This document shows positions 10,309-19,204 of a stretch of 64,000 nucleotides of DNA, one piece after another; the first letter of the stretch is position 1, and each line of letters begins with the position of its first letter. A program made the translations under genes and the position numbers. Source of the DNA: an uncultured Desulfosarcina sp. (GTDB lineage Bacteria > Desulfobacterota > Desulfobacteria > Desulfobacterales > Desulfosarcinaceae); assembly GCA_963674945.2 (NCBI GenBank), contig CAXXWQ010000004.1, positions 832,001-896,000 on the forward strand. The letters are read 5' to 3'. The notes under the pieces are model-generated. The model was not told where the DNA came from and ran no database searches. It saw nothing but the letters and a program-made list of their open reading frames with translations.

Positions 10309-10677
10309 TATTAACTATGACATCCCTTCCACACCAGATGCATATATCCACCGAATAGGACGAACAGGCCGCGCAACTTGCAGCGGCGAAGCGTTTACTT
10401 TCATTACCGATGAAGATAAAAAAATAGTTCATGCAATTCGTCGAGCAATTGGTTCTAAAATCGAGCAAAGAATTTTACCAACGATTAATTACGGTGGAGC
10501 ATCATCCAATTATGTTTGTTGCTCGCAGGAAAATAAAAAAACCGCATCGAAATTTTGTAATGGAAGAAAAAAACATAATAGAAGAATATCGGCGGCGAGA
10601 AAACTTGCATAGGCAGCAAATATTGCATCGATCAAATATTTAACTTGCTTAATATGCAAAACAGGTTATTATTGAGG

Positions 10678-10807
10678 TATTCAATCAAGTCCTGTCTATA
10701 TTTATTTCACTTCAGGGCGGCTCCTCTCTGCAGGTTAATACCATTTGCCAAAATGGAACCCTCCAGTCAGTGACATTGAAAATAGTATAAGAAAGGAGGA
10801 TGCTATC
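10678..10807 (+). promoter_or_regulatory. Conserved structured 5' leader of csp copy 2
   Basis: Homologous to 7276-7406 on the minus strand. Confidence 0.65.
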
Positions 10808-11008
10808 ATGGCCAATGGAACAGTTAAGTGGTTCAACGACTCTAAAGGATTCGGATTCATTGAGCAGGAAGATGGTGCCGATGTGTTTGTTCACCATTCA
10901 GCCATCAATGCGACAGGCTTCAAATCCCTCAACGAAGGTGACCGAGTAACCTTTGATGTAGAGCAAGGACCTAAGGGCCCTTCAGCCAAAAATGTTACCG
11001 CCGCATAG
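10808..11008 (+). CDS. cspA: Cold-shock protein (CspA family), copy 2
   Basis: [18 protein letters not shown]...[19 protein letters not shown]. Confidence 0.97.
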   Translation: MANGTVKWFNDSKGFGFIEQEDGADVFVHHSAINATGFKSLNEGDRVTFDVEQGPKGPSAKNVTAA

Positions 11009-11031
11009 GCGCGATAGCTGTTATTCGATCC

Positions 11032-11060
11032 GGCATCCCCTTGTAGTCCGAGGGGATGCC
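11032..11060 (+). terminator. Hairpin after csp copy 2
   Basis: ggcatcccct...aggggatgcc; weak U tract. Confidence 0.55.
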
Positions 11061-11306
11061 ATCGGCTTTACACCGATCAATTATCCACACGTCCAAAAGT
11101 ATATTTGTGGTTAGCGGTCTCATCGTCGACGTACCTGCCTCGGTTTAAAATGAACTGCCCCGCCGTAATCGGACCGTGTATCAACGAATGATTGAGTTTA
11201 AACAATTTTATCGGCGCAAGCGGCGGGGTATTAGACCCAATGCTCCGCAATGAACACAAAATTCCCGTCGTTTAAAGATTGAAACGATACAGTATAATGG
11301 ATAGAC

Positions 11307-11669
11307 ATGAAAAAGGTCGTAGAAAAATTAAGGGCAGAAAAAGCGGTGATCAAATTGAAGAGATCTGAAATGCTGGATCGCCAATCCGAAGGTATCAATA
11401 AAGCTTATGAAACGGGGAAGCGGATTGCGGAAAAATGGGTTCGCAAGGCATCTTACCAGGAGCTCAAGGATGCTGTTAAGCGCCCCAACGCCAAGCATGA
11501 TGCGAACTATTTTTCTCATATGAGGAGTATTTATTTCACCTCACTTGAAAAGATATGTCCAGAAGAGTCAAAGCGATTCAAATGGGTCCACAATGACGCA
11601 TTCGTGAATGGTTGGCGTGAAGAAGTCAACAATATCTGGGAGTCAATTAGGGATGAAATCAATCGATAG
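11307..11669 (+). CDS. Hypothetical protein
   Basis: 120-aa ORF with ATG; no motif recognised. Confidence 0.65.
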   Translation: MKKVVEKLRAEKAVIKLKRSEMLDRQSEGINKAYETGKRIAEKWVRKASYQELKDAVKRPNAKHDANYFSHMRSIYFTSLEKICPEESKRFKWVHNDAFVNGWREEVNNIWESIRDEINR

Positions 11670-11800
11670 TTTTCTTTGAAAAACGATCAAAACGGACAGA
11701 CCACTACTATTTTCGATTCACACGAAAACAACAATCCGGCAGATTTCTTCCGCAATTATCTATGCCCGTCAGAAAGGCTTATCCAACTAAGAATAATTCT

Positions 11801-13207
11801 ATGAAATATATACCGTTTACACGGAAAAATTACAAAAAGATAGAGCAGGTAAGAAGACTGGAAAAAACTACTATCTCCGATATCGATGTCGTTTCTAGAG
11901 TATTACCCTTTAAGACCAACAATTATGTGGTTGATGAATTAATCGATTGGGACAATGTCGAGCATGATCCTTTGTTCATGATCAACTTTCCGCACAAAGA
12001 ACTGATTTCCCAAAGGAACTTCGATATCGTCTCCAGCGTTTTAAAAAACGATACGAACAAATCCCTCATCAATCGGACGATTAAAAGAATTCGGCTTGGG
12101 CTTAATCCGCACCCGGCCGGTCAACTTGAATGCAATATTCCTGAATTGGATGGGAATCGAGTCGATGGCATCCAGCATAAATACAGGGAAACCGTGTTGC
12201 TCTTTCCGGCCCAGGGGCAGACCTGCCATGCCTACTGCACATTCTGTTTCCGATGGCCGCAGTTTGTCGGAATGAATGATCATAAGATCGCATTGAAGCA
12301 AGCTGCATTATCTGCATTGTATCTCAGCAGGCATCGTGAAGTTACCGATGTGCTTCTTACCGGTGGAGATCCCATGGTAATGAAGGCTAAACTGCTGGAA
12401 ACATACATCGATGGCCTGCTGGATTCGGGATTGCCTAATCTAAAAACAATACGAATCGGGACAAAGTCCCTCTCTTTCTGGCCCTACAGATACCTGACTG
12501 ACGAAGATTCAGATAAGATTTTGGAACTTTTTAGAAAAGTGGTCGATTCTGGAATTCATCTTTCCATCATGGCGCATATCAATCATCATCGCGAGATGTC
12601 CACCGTTGCCTTTCGTGAGGCAGTGAAACGCATCAGGCAAACCGGCGCCGTAATCAGAGCGCAATCCCCGCTGCTCAATCATGTAAACGCCACACCAGCT
12701 GTCTGGAAAAAAATGTGGGAGGACCAGGTGAACATGGGCATCATTCCATATTATATGTTTGTACCCAGAAATACTGGTTCCCACAGGTTTTTTTCCATTC
12801 CTTTGGTTGATGCATATCATATATTTAGAAAGGCCTTTAGTCAGGTAAGCGGAATGGCAAGGACGGTCAGGGGACCGAGTATGTCAGCACGCCACGGGAA
12901 GATTAAAATCGATGGAATTCCTGAAATAAACGGAAGAAAGTATATCTCCATGTCTTTCATCCAAGGCCGATCCGTCGACTGGGTGAAAAAACCATTTTTC
13001 GCTGAATTTGATGAAAATGCACGTTGGATTGACGAATTGAGGCCTGCCTTCGGAGATAAAGCTTTCTTTTTTGATGAGAAGGAATCCGACTTCAGAATAA
13101 GTGACAATTTCGATGCTGCGACAACAAACGTTCCTGCTGTGGTGCGGCAGGCCTTTTTTGACAAGAAGCGTTTGGACGAACAAATGGCAGTTCACCTACG
13201 GCATTGA
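11801..13207 (+). CDS. KamA-family radical SAM protein (lysine 2,3-aminomutase-like)
   Basis: HKYRETVL, CHAYCTFC, VLLTGGDP, RIGTK, PYYMF, GKI; start 11762 or 11801. Confidence 0.88.
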   Translation: MKYIPFTRKNYKKIEQVRRLEKTTISDIDVVSRVLPFKTNNYVVDELIDWDNVEHDPLFMINFPHKELISQRNFDIVSSVLKNDTNKSLINRTIKRIRLGLNPHPAGQLECNIPELDGNRVDGIQHKYRETVLLFPAQGQTCHAYCTFCFRWPQFVGMNDHKIALKQAALSALYLSRHREVTDVLLTGGDPMVMKAKLLETYIDGLLDSGLPNLKTIRIGTKSLSFWPYRYLTDEDSDKILELFRKVVDSGIHLSIMAHINHHREMSTVAFREAVKRIRQTGAVIRAQSPLLNHVNATPAVWKKMWEDQVNMGIIPYYMFVPRNTGSHRFFSIPLVDAYHIFRKAFSQVSGMARTVRGPSMSARHGKIKIDGIPEINGRKYISMSFIQGRSVDWVKKPFFAEFDENARWIDELRPAFGDKAFFFDEKESDFRISDNFDAATTNVPAVVRQAFFDKKRLDEQMAVHLRH

Positions 13208-13224
13208 ATGGTCGTTGAATAAAA

Positions 13225-14292
13225 ATGAAGCTTGTTCCCTCCATAGAAAATAGCCTTTCCAAACTCAACCGTTTAAATCCCAATTTGGCAGATGAAGTGA
13301 AGAAGCTTCCAGAGATTAGGAAGTTCAGAACCGAATCTTCACGTATAGCCCTTAGCAACCTGCTCAAAATCTACCAGTTCGTCCCCAATAGATTTAATCG
13401 AATTTTTAAAAAAATGGATGAGATAGGCATGCCGGCGCAACGGAAATATTGTTCCCCTCTGCAAGCATTGTTCTGGCTGATCCAAGACGAAAAGATGGGT
13501 GCTTCCGGCAGACTCTTGGGCCTTAAAATTGAAAAAAGAACCGGCGAAAAGGGTGAATGCAGACCCCATCTAATCACAAAATTGGAATCCAGGAAGGAAC
13601 AAAGCGATTCGACCAGGTACTACCAGCATTATACTATAGAAAAAATCCTTAATGCGGCATGGAATGAGGAGAGCCTGTTGATGCAACGCTCAAACATCCA
13701 CCTGATTATTAACAGAATTCAGACTCAATCAGAGACAGAAGAATATGCGCTTCTCGTAAAACGGCATGATGACCTGCACCTCCAGAGCTACATCATGGAT
13801 GATTTCATGAGGAAGCGAAAGATTTTCAACGCGAATGATTGGCCACAAATCGAAACTGCTATTGATCAATCCCGCTGGAAGGTATTTCGTACGGTTGCCG
13901 ATCGGTTGAACTCCCCGGAACTTGTCAGCTATTACATTAACAAGTATTTTTCTTTTCGCAAAACCCCAGCCAGCGGAGTCTACGTTACCTTCTTCGACAA
14001 GAAGGCTCAGTGCACGGACGCGGCATATTTCGCACAGTTCATGCTAAAGCGTTCCGGTTATAAAACTTTTATGAGAAGTGTAAAATGGGATGATGATCCC
14101 TGGGATGGGCTTCATACCGGTGCAGGTATCATCCTCGAAGATGGACGATACCTCCTGGTTTCAAGCTATACTGGAATCAATTCGATGTCGGGCCCCTTCG
14201 CAAGCCTCGAAAGCTTGGACCAAAAGCTTTCATGTGGCAGGAAAATTATTGGTAGTAAATGGGGAGCATATTATCCACCACGATACTATTAA
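13225..14292 (+). CDS. Hypothetical protein with possible C-terminal transglutaminase-like domain
   Basis: AQCTDAAYF..FML..SGY...GLHTG resembles a Cys/His TG-like core; catalytic Asp not evident. Confidence 0.6.
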   Translation: MKLVPSIENSLSKLNRLNPNLADEVKKLPEIRKFRTESSRIALSNLLKIYQFVPNRFNRIFKKMDEIGMPAQRKYCSPLQALFWLIQDEKMGASGRLLGLKIEKRTGEKGECRPHLITKLESRKEQSDSTRYYQHYTIEKILNAAWNEESLLMQRSNIHLIINRIQTQSETEEYALLVKRHDDLHLQSYIMDDFMRKRKIFNANDWPQIETAIDQSRWKVFRTVADRLNSPELVSYYINKYFSFRKTPASGVYVTFFDKKAQCTDAAYFAQFMLKRSGYKTFMRSVKWDDDPWDGLHTGAGIILEDGRYLLVSSYTGINSMSGPFASLESLDQKLSCGRKIIGSKWGAYYPPRYY

Positions 14293-14585
14293 GAGATAGC
14301 CAGATCGTAACACACGATTCCCTGAACGCCGGGTTACTGATATCGCAAGGTTCGCCATAATTCGGGATTTGCTGATATCCAATAGATACTTTTCTACAAC
14401 TCAAAATGATGAATCCCATACCAAGCAACATAACGACCATTAATGCTTGGTCATGGAAAGATAAAAAGGGTGAGGATTACCTAAAGCAATCCTCGCCCTT
14501 TCCATTGGTTATCCGGACACCTTCGATACGTTCTGTTGTTCATCAACATATGGTAAGGATAAATGAGCTCCTTAATACTTTTTAT

Positions 14586-14984
14586 GGCTGTAAACTATTC
14601 TCAGTCTGTTTCCGGTATGATAAATGAAATCAAATTGTTAATGGAGGATTTCATTATGAAAACACCCCAAATAAGTTTACTTGAATGGCAACGGCGATAT
14701 GGCACGGAAGAAGCTTGCGCCAAAACGCTATTCAAGCATCGGTGGCCCAATGGCTTCATCTGTCCAAAATGTGGCCATGATTCTGCATGGTTCATAACCA
14801 CTCGAAGAGTTTATCAATGCTCTGGATGCAGGCATCAAGTCTCTGTTACGGCCGGGACCCTGCTTCATTCCACAAATCTTCCTCTGGTTAAATGGTTCTG
14901 GGCAATCTACTTTGTTTCCTCTGACAAAGACGGTATTTCCGCTCTTCGTCTCTCTAAGCATATCGGAGTATCGTGGCCAACCGC
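14586..14984 (+). mobile_element. Truncated IS1595-family element (left end plus N-terminal transposase from 14656)
   Basis: RWPNGFICPKCG...YQCSGCRHQVSVTAGT...LPLVKWF Zn-ribbon/HTH; DDE domain missing; putative end ggctgtaaacta at 14586. Confidence 0.82.
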
Positions 14985-15374
14985 CGCGCAACCGCTATTG
15001 GCGCGAAAGGTGCGGTAATTGCCCTTTCGGTCCAATTGAATCAGGCCAAATTTTTCTGCGCCGATGTTCAGGATAGACCGGGCCTGGGGATAATAGCGTC
15101 GGGCAGCGGCCATGATGGCGACCCGATTGTCATAGCGATGGAGAACCTTGACGGTGGATGGGGTGGAGGTTGTGGCCGCGATCCTTTTGATACGGGGTAA
15201 GTCGAATTGGTTCAGCACCCGTTTCAGGTGATCATCAACCTGGCCGTGGTGAGAGCAATAAGTGGATTTAACACATTCGCCGTTCGGGTTGATCTCTGCT
15301 ACGGAAATGGCGGAAGAACCGATATCGATGCCTACTATATTATCACAGGAAACGTTCACAGGCTTATCATTCAT
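14982..15374 (-). pseudogene. N-terminal fragment of an acyl-CoA dehydratase activase (BadF/BadG/BcrA/BcrD ATPase)
   Basis: VGIDIGSSAIS...ILNIGAEKF...NSGCAA, broken where CAAGTG is expected. Confidence 0.8.
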
Positions 15375-15381
15375 TGGATCC

Positions 15382-16185
15382 CTAAACGTTGATGGCGCCA
15401 AATCCCACAAGCCGGTTTTGTTTTTCATCCCAAAGCTTGAGTCGGAGCGACCAGTAAACCCCCTCGAACTGATGCTGGACGTAAAATAACCAAACACCGC
15501 CAGCGCCGGCGACAACAAGTATGGGCAGTTGGATCAACAAGTAGGTCTGCCATCCGACAAACCAGGCGGCGATGATAAAGGTGAGTGCAATGCTTGCGTT
15601 GGTGATATGCAGGCTCTTGATCTGCCTGCGCCGATCACCCTTTCCAGGAAATCGATAGTCGACTAAAAAGAGATAGACCGGCCCGAAAATGAACATGATC
15701 AGCGGATTTCGATAAAGCCGGTAACGAATGCGTTTGAACAAGGACGCCTCCATATACTCTTCCACCGTTAGCGTCCACACATCGCCATGGCCTCGGCGGT
15801 CCAGATCACTGACCGTGTTGTGATGTATTCCGTGAGACCGGCGCCAACTCTCGTAAGGCGTAAAGGTCAGCACGCCGCAGATGTGCCCCAAAATCGTGTT
15901 TGCTCGACGTGATGCGAAAAAGCTCTGATGACAACAGTCGTGAAAAAAAATAAAGATTCTCACATACACACCAGCGGCGACCATCAGCAACCCCAGGTGA
16001 ATCCAAACACTATGAACCAAGCGAAGATTCAAGACCATCAGGCACCATAAAAGGCCATATAAAGAAAATGTATTGAATATCTGCCAAAGGGCTTTTCTGC
16101 GGTCCGGTCGTTGGAATACCAACAAGGTTTGGTACCATTGTGGTTTGCCTTTATTTTGGACGTTGGCGTTTGTATTTTCAGCCAT
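15382..16185 (-). pseudogene. 3'-truncated membrane fatty-acid desaturase
   Basis: His boxes HDCCH and HGIHH, FYVQHQFE; similarity ends near 15447 and the third His box is absent. Confidence 0.82.
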
Positions 16186-16355
16186 ACCGGCCTCCTTTCG
16201 CATTCAAGCCGGGTTCTGGGTTGTTTTTTGTTTCCAACCATAAAGATGTGGCGAAATCGGCTAAACTGGAGCCTTCAAAATGTGAGAATGTGGCTGATGG
16301 GTAGATGAGCATCAGCAGAGTGGTAGGTGTCGGATCGCGCTATTTTATGTGGACT

Positions 16356-16384
16356 AGTTTAGTTGATAGTCGATCGGGTGTCAA
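16356..16384 (-). promoter_or_regulatory. Sigma-70 promoter of the desaturase
   Basis: TTGACA-17bp-TAAACT on the minus strand. Confidence 0.6.
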
Positions 16385-16758
16385 AGTTTTATATTCGCAT
16401 GGCTGTGTTAGGGCATGCGACGCGCATCCTAAGATAGGTGTTCGACCAGAAAGTACAGATTTTAAAAAGTAGTAGTGCCTCAGAAGAGAATAATCTCAAA
16501 GTGTCTCAGGTCGTCTTACTTAGAGGATGTGTTCCGGTTCTTAAAATTGCCAAAAGCACTTGCCGTGACATCATTATTCCAGCAATTAGGTTTCAGATGA
16601 TTTATCCCAGCATTTGACAAGGATTATTTGCCCAAGATATTATGAAGATATCACGAATTGAAGCCCAGTTTAATTCGCCGGGGGAATATGTAAATCTATA
16701 ATGTGGGCCACACAATTAGAATAGGGCTCCACCCCCATTCCTAATAACTCAAATTTTA

Positions 16759-16995
16759 ATGGAGCATGGGATGGTACACCAAACAAAAAATATGGATACC
16801 AATGACATTAATAAACAAAAATGCCCAAAATGCAAAAAGCAGGAAGGATTAGAAATCATCTATAGTGCATCAACAAGAGAAGAAACCGAACGCATTAAGA
16901 AAGGGATGGCAATACCTGGTGGCTTGCGGCCTGAAAGTGGTCCTGTGTTTAAATGGAACTGCAGCAACTGTGGATATGTTTGGGGCAAAGCATAA
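16759..16995 (+). CDS. Small zinc-ribbon hypothetical protein
   Basis: CPKC...IIY...GG...WNCSNCGYVW; start uncertain (16792 possible). Confidence 0.65.
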   Translation: MEHGMVHQTKNMDTNDINKQKCPKCKKQEGLEIIYSASTREETERIKKGMAIPGGLRPESGPVFKWNCSNCGYVWGKA

Positions 16996-17503
16996 AAATT
17001 AAATTAAAAGAACGCTCCTATCGCTCCTGAATCATAAGATCTTTTTTAAAGATCAAAATTGTGGATTATCTCTATTGTAGATATAATTTCACTAAAATTC
17101 ATATGTTTGGATGTATCGCAAGTTGTACTGCATCCAAAACGACTATTTTGATGAGATACACGCATGTAAGCTTCACTGGGGGCACCTTGAGATTTTAGGC
17201 AGCGTTGAATTCTTCATTTCTAATACTTCCGTAAGCGTAGCCAACCTCCATTATTATACGAAAAACCAGTTTTTGCTTTAATTTCAATTTTTGCTATTGG
17301 GGATATTGATATCACTATGCAAACTGCATCTGCTACCTCCCGTTATCTATTGAACCATCACTGGCGATGATCCATAATTGAACGCACAAATTAATCGAAA
17401 AGGGGGAAGTCCCTTTACCCAATTTGATAGCAATCTGAATTCCGAGATTAGCTTGTCGGCCTTGATGCCAGGAATCAATTTGAGGATACCTAAAGGAATT
17501 GTC

Positions 17504-18160
17504 GTGTGTCCGATTCGTTCAAACCTCAAGCGTGAGCAGTCGCAGGGGGAAGAAATCGCCAATAGCATCAGCCATGGCATCGGTCTGATCGCCGCGCTGG
17601 CCGGGACACCTTTTCTCATCGTACATGCAGTTCAGCTCGGCGATGCGGGGTTCATCGTCGGCACAAGTCTCTTCTGTGCAACCATGATGCTTCTATATTT
17701 TGCCTCTACCCTCTACCATGCGTTGCCATCCGGTAAGGCCAAGCGCAGTTCACGGATTATAGAGCATTGCGCAATCTTCTTTCTTATCGCCGGCACATAC
17801 ACACCGCTGACACTGGGGGTGCTTCATGGTGCATTCGGTTGGACAGTTTTTGGTATTATTTGGGGGCTTGCCATCGCTGGCGTGGTTCTGAAGGCCTTTT
17901 TTAAAACCGGTCATCCCATTCTATCCACCGCCCTGTATTTGCTGATGGGGTGGCTTATCCTCATTGCGGTCAAACCGTTGTTTGACCGGATGCCAACTGC
18001 GGGCCTTTACTGGCTGATTGCAGGAGGCTTGTCCTACACCGCCGGCGTGGCCTTTTTTGCCACCGATTCGCGGATACCCTATGGCCATCTGATATGGCAT
18101 CTATTCGTTATCGCCGGAACCACATGTCACTACTTCCTAATCTTATGGTATGCGGCCTGA
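17504..18160 (+). CDS. Hemolysin III / PAQR-family (TrhA-like) membrane protein
   Basis: EEIANSISHG, STLYH, AGTYTP, HLIWHLFV; GTG start after AAGGA. Confidence 0.9.
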   Translation: MCPIRSNLKREQSQGEEIANSISHGIGLIAALAGTPFLIVHAVQLGDAGFIVGTSLFCATMMLLYFASTLYHALPSGKAKRSSRIIEHCAIFFLIAGTYTPLTLGVLHGAFGWTVFGIIWGLAIAGVVLKAFFKTGHPILSTALYLLMGWLILIAVKPLFDRMPTAGLYWLIAGGLSYTAGVAFFATDSRIPYGHLIWHLFVIAGTTCHYFLILWYAA

Positions 18161-18402
18161 CAAACGATAGCTACTTTTTCCGATTCCAAATGTAGCCCAT
18201 TTCAATATCATCTGCGTGTAAGTGGCGGATCACCTCCCTAATCTCTTCCTTGAAATCGAGGGTAATATGCCTGTTTTTTCGGGCACCTCGATCTCGACCA
18301 AATTTCCCTGTTTCTGGATAGACGCTATTTAACATTGAGCGTTGTGATTTTTTAAACCTGACTATGGGCACTTGTGATTTAAACGCCATGAAACACATGG
18401 GC

Positions 18403-18547
18403 GGTCATATGCAACCATTGGTGAAATATGACCTTTTTGATGCATGCAACTATCTTATCAAAATTTGCAAAGCTATTAAATGAACACAATAAATCAACAT
18501 GTTGTGTGACGATTTCTCACATTTGGGTAACTGGCACAAGGATTGTA
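18403..18547 (+). promoter_or_regulatory. Sigma-54 promoter 1 with upstream tandem palindrome and IHF site
   Basis: GGTCAtatgCAACC-att-GGTGAaataTGACC at 18403-18433; perfect IHF consensus AATCAAcatgTTG at 18492-18504; TGGCAC-N5-TTGTA at 18532-18547. Confidence 0.75.
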
Positions 18548-18704
18548 TAGACATTGTTTATTAAAAACAGTGTCAACAGGCTCAAAGGCAAGTATCCTCT
18601 GCAAGCCTCACACCGTTGCCTACAAGTAGGTTCCATTCGTATCGTAAAAACGGAAATGAAGCAGAATAATTAGTCCCACCAATGTGTATTAAGGAGAAAG
18701 CGAA

Positions 18705-19202
18705 ATGAATAACCCTATTTTTAACCGCGCATCGATAATTCTCGTAATGGCAATAGTATTCATATTTATTTCGAATGCCAATGGCCAGGACAGTGGTCCA
18801 GACAATTACCGAGACGGGTATGGTTCTTCCGGGGCGATGGGCCAGAACCCCGATGACCTTATAAACTACGGCCACGGCATGATGAGATACGGTTTCCATG
18901 AAACGGGAATGCCGGGGGGAACCAACAAGTATCCTGGGTATTACTACAACTTGAGCGATGCTACCAAAAAGAAACTGATTGCCGAGCAGGAATCTTTCAT
19001 CAAGGAAACTGAAGATCTAAGGCAGACGATATACGAAAAAGAACTTTACCTGAAAGCCGAACTATCCAAGAAAGCGCCGGATAACGCCATCTCATTAAGT
19101 CTTCAGAAAAATATCTCTGAGGCCATGGGACAGTTCGAGCAACAGATGATCGTACATATCATCCGGATGAAAAACATAAGTCAGGAGGCCGAAAAAAAAT
19201 AA
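18705..19202 (+). CDS. Periplasmic Spy/CpxP/ZraP-like protein
   Basis: Signal peptide, G/M/Y-rich segment, F.KET.DLRQ.IY.K.L.L.AEL...PD. Confidence 0.75.
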   Translation: MNNPIFNRASIILVMAIVFIFISNANGQDSGPDNYRDGYGSSGAMGQNPDDLINYGHGMMRYGFHETGMPGGTNKYPGYYYNLSDATKKKLIAEQESFIKETEDLRQTIYEKELYLKAELSKKAPDNAISLSLQKNISEAMGQFEQQMIVHIIRMKNISQEAEKK

Positions 19203-19204
19203 AG

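Larger units (their letters stand above)
7624..10612 (+). pseudogene. rhlE: RhlE-like DEAD-box RNA helicase interrupted by IS1380
   Basis: Q motif, AQTGTGKT, PTRELA, DEAD, SAT, TDIAARGID up to 8557; resumes at 10314 with (N)YDIP...HRIGRTGRA; removing the IS restores HVINYD. Confidence 0.92.

Noticed and set aside
14300..14560. Possible IS end or small ORFs downstream of the TG-like gene
   Set aside because: No partner inverted repeat, TSD or recognisable protein could be found
17504..18160. Toxin or virulence interpretation of hemolysin III
   Set aside because: The PAQR/TrhA family is widespread and linked to membrane homeostasis; nothing here supports a toxin role
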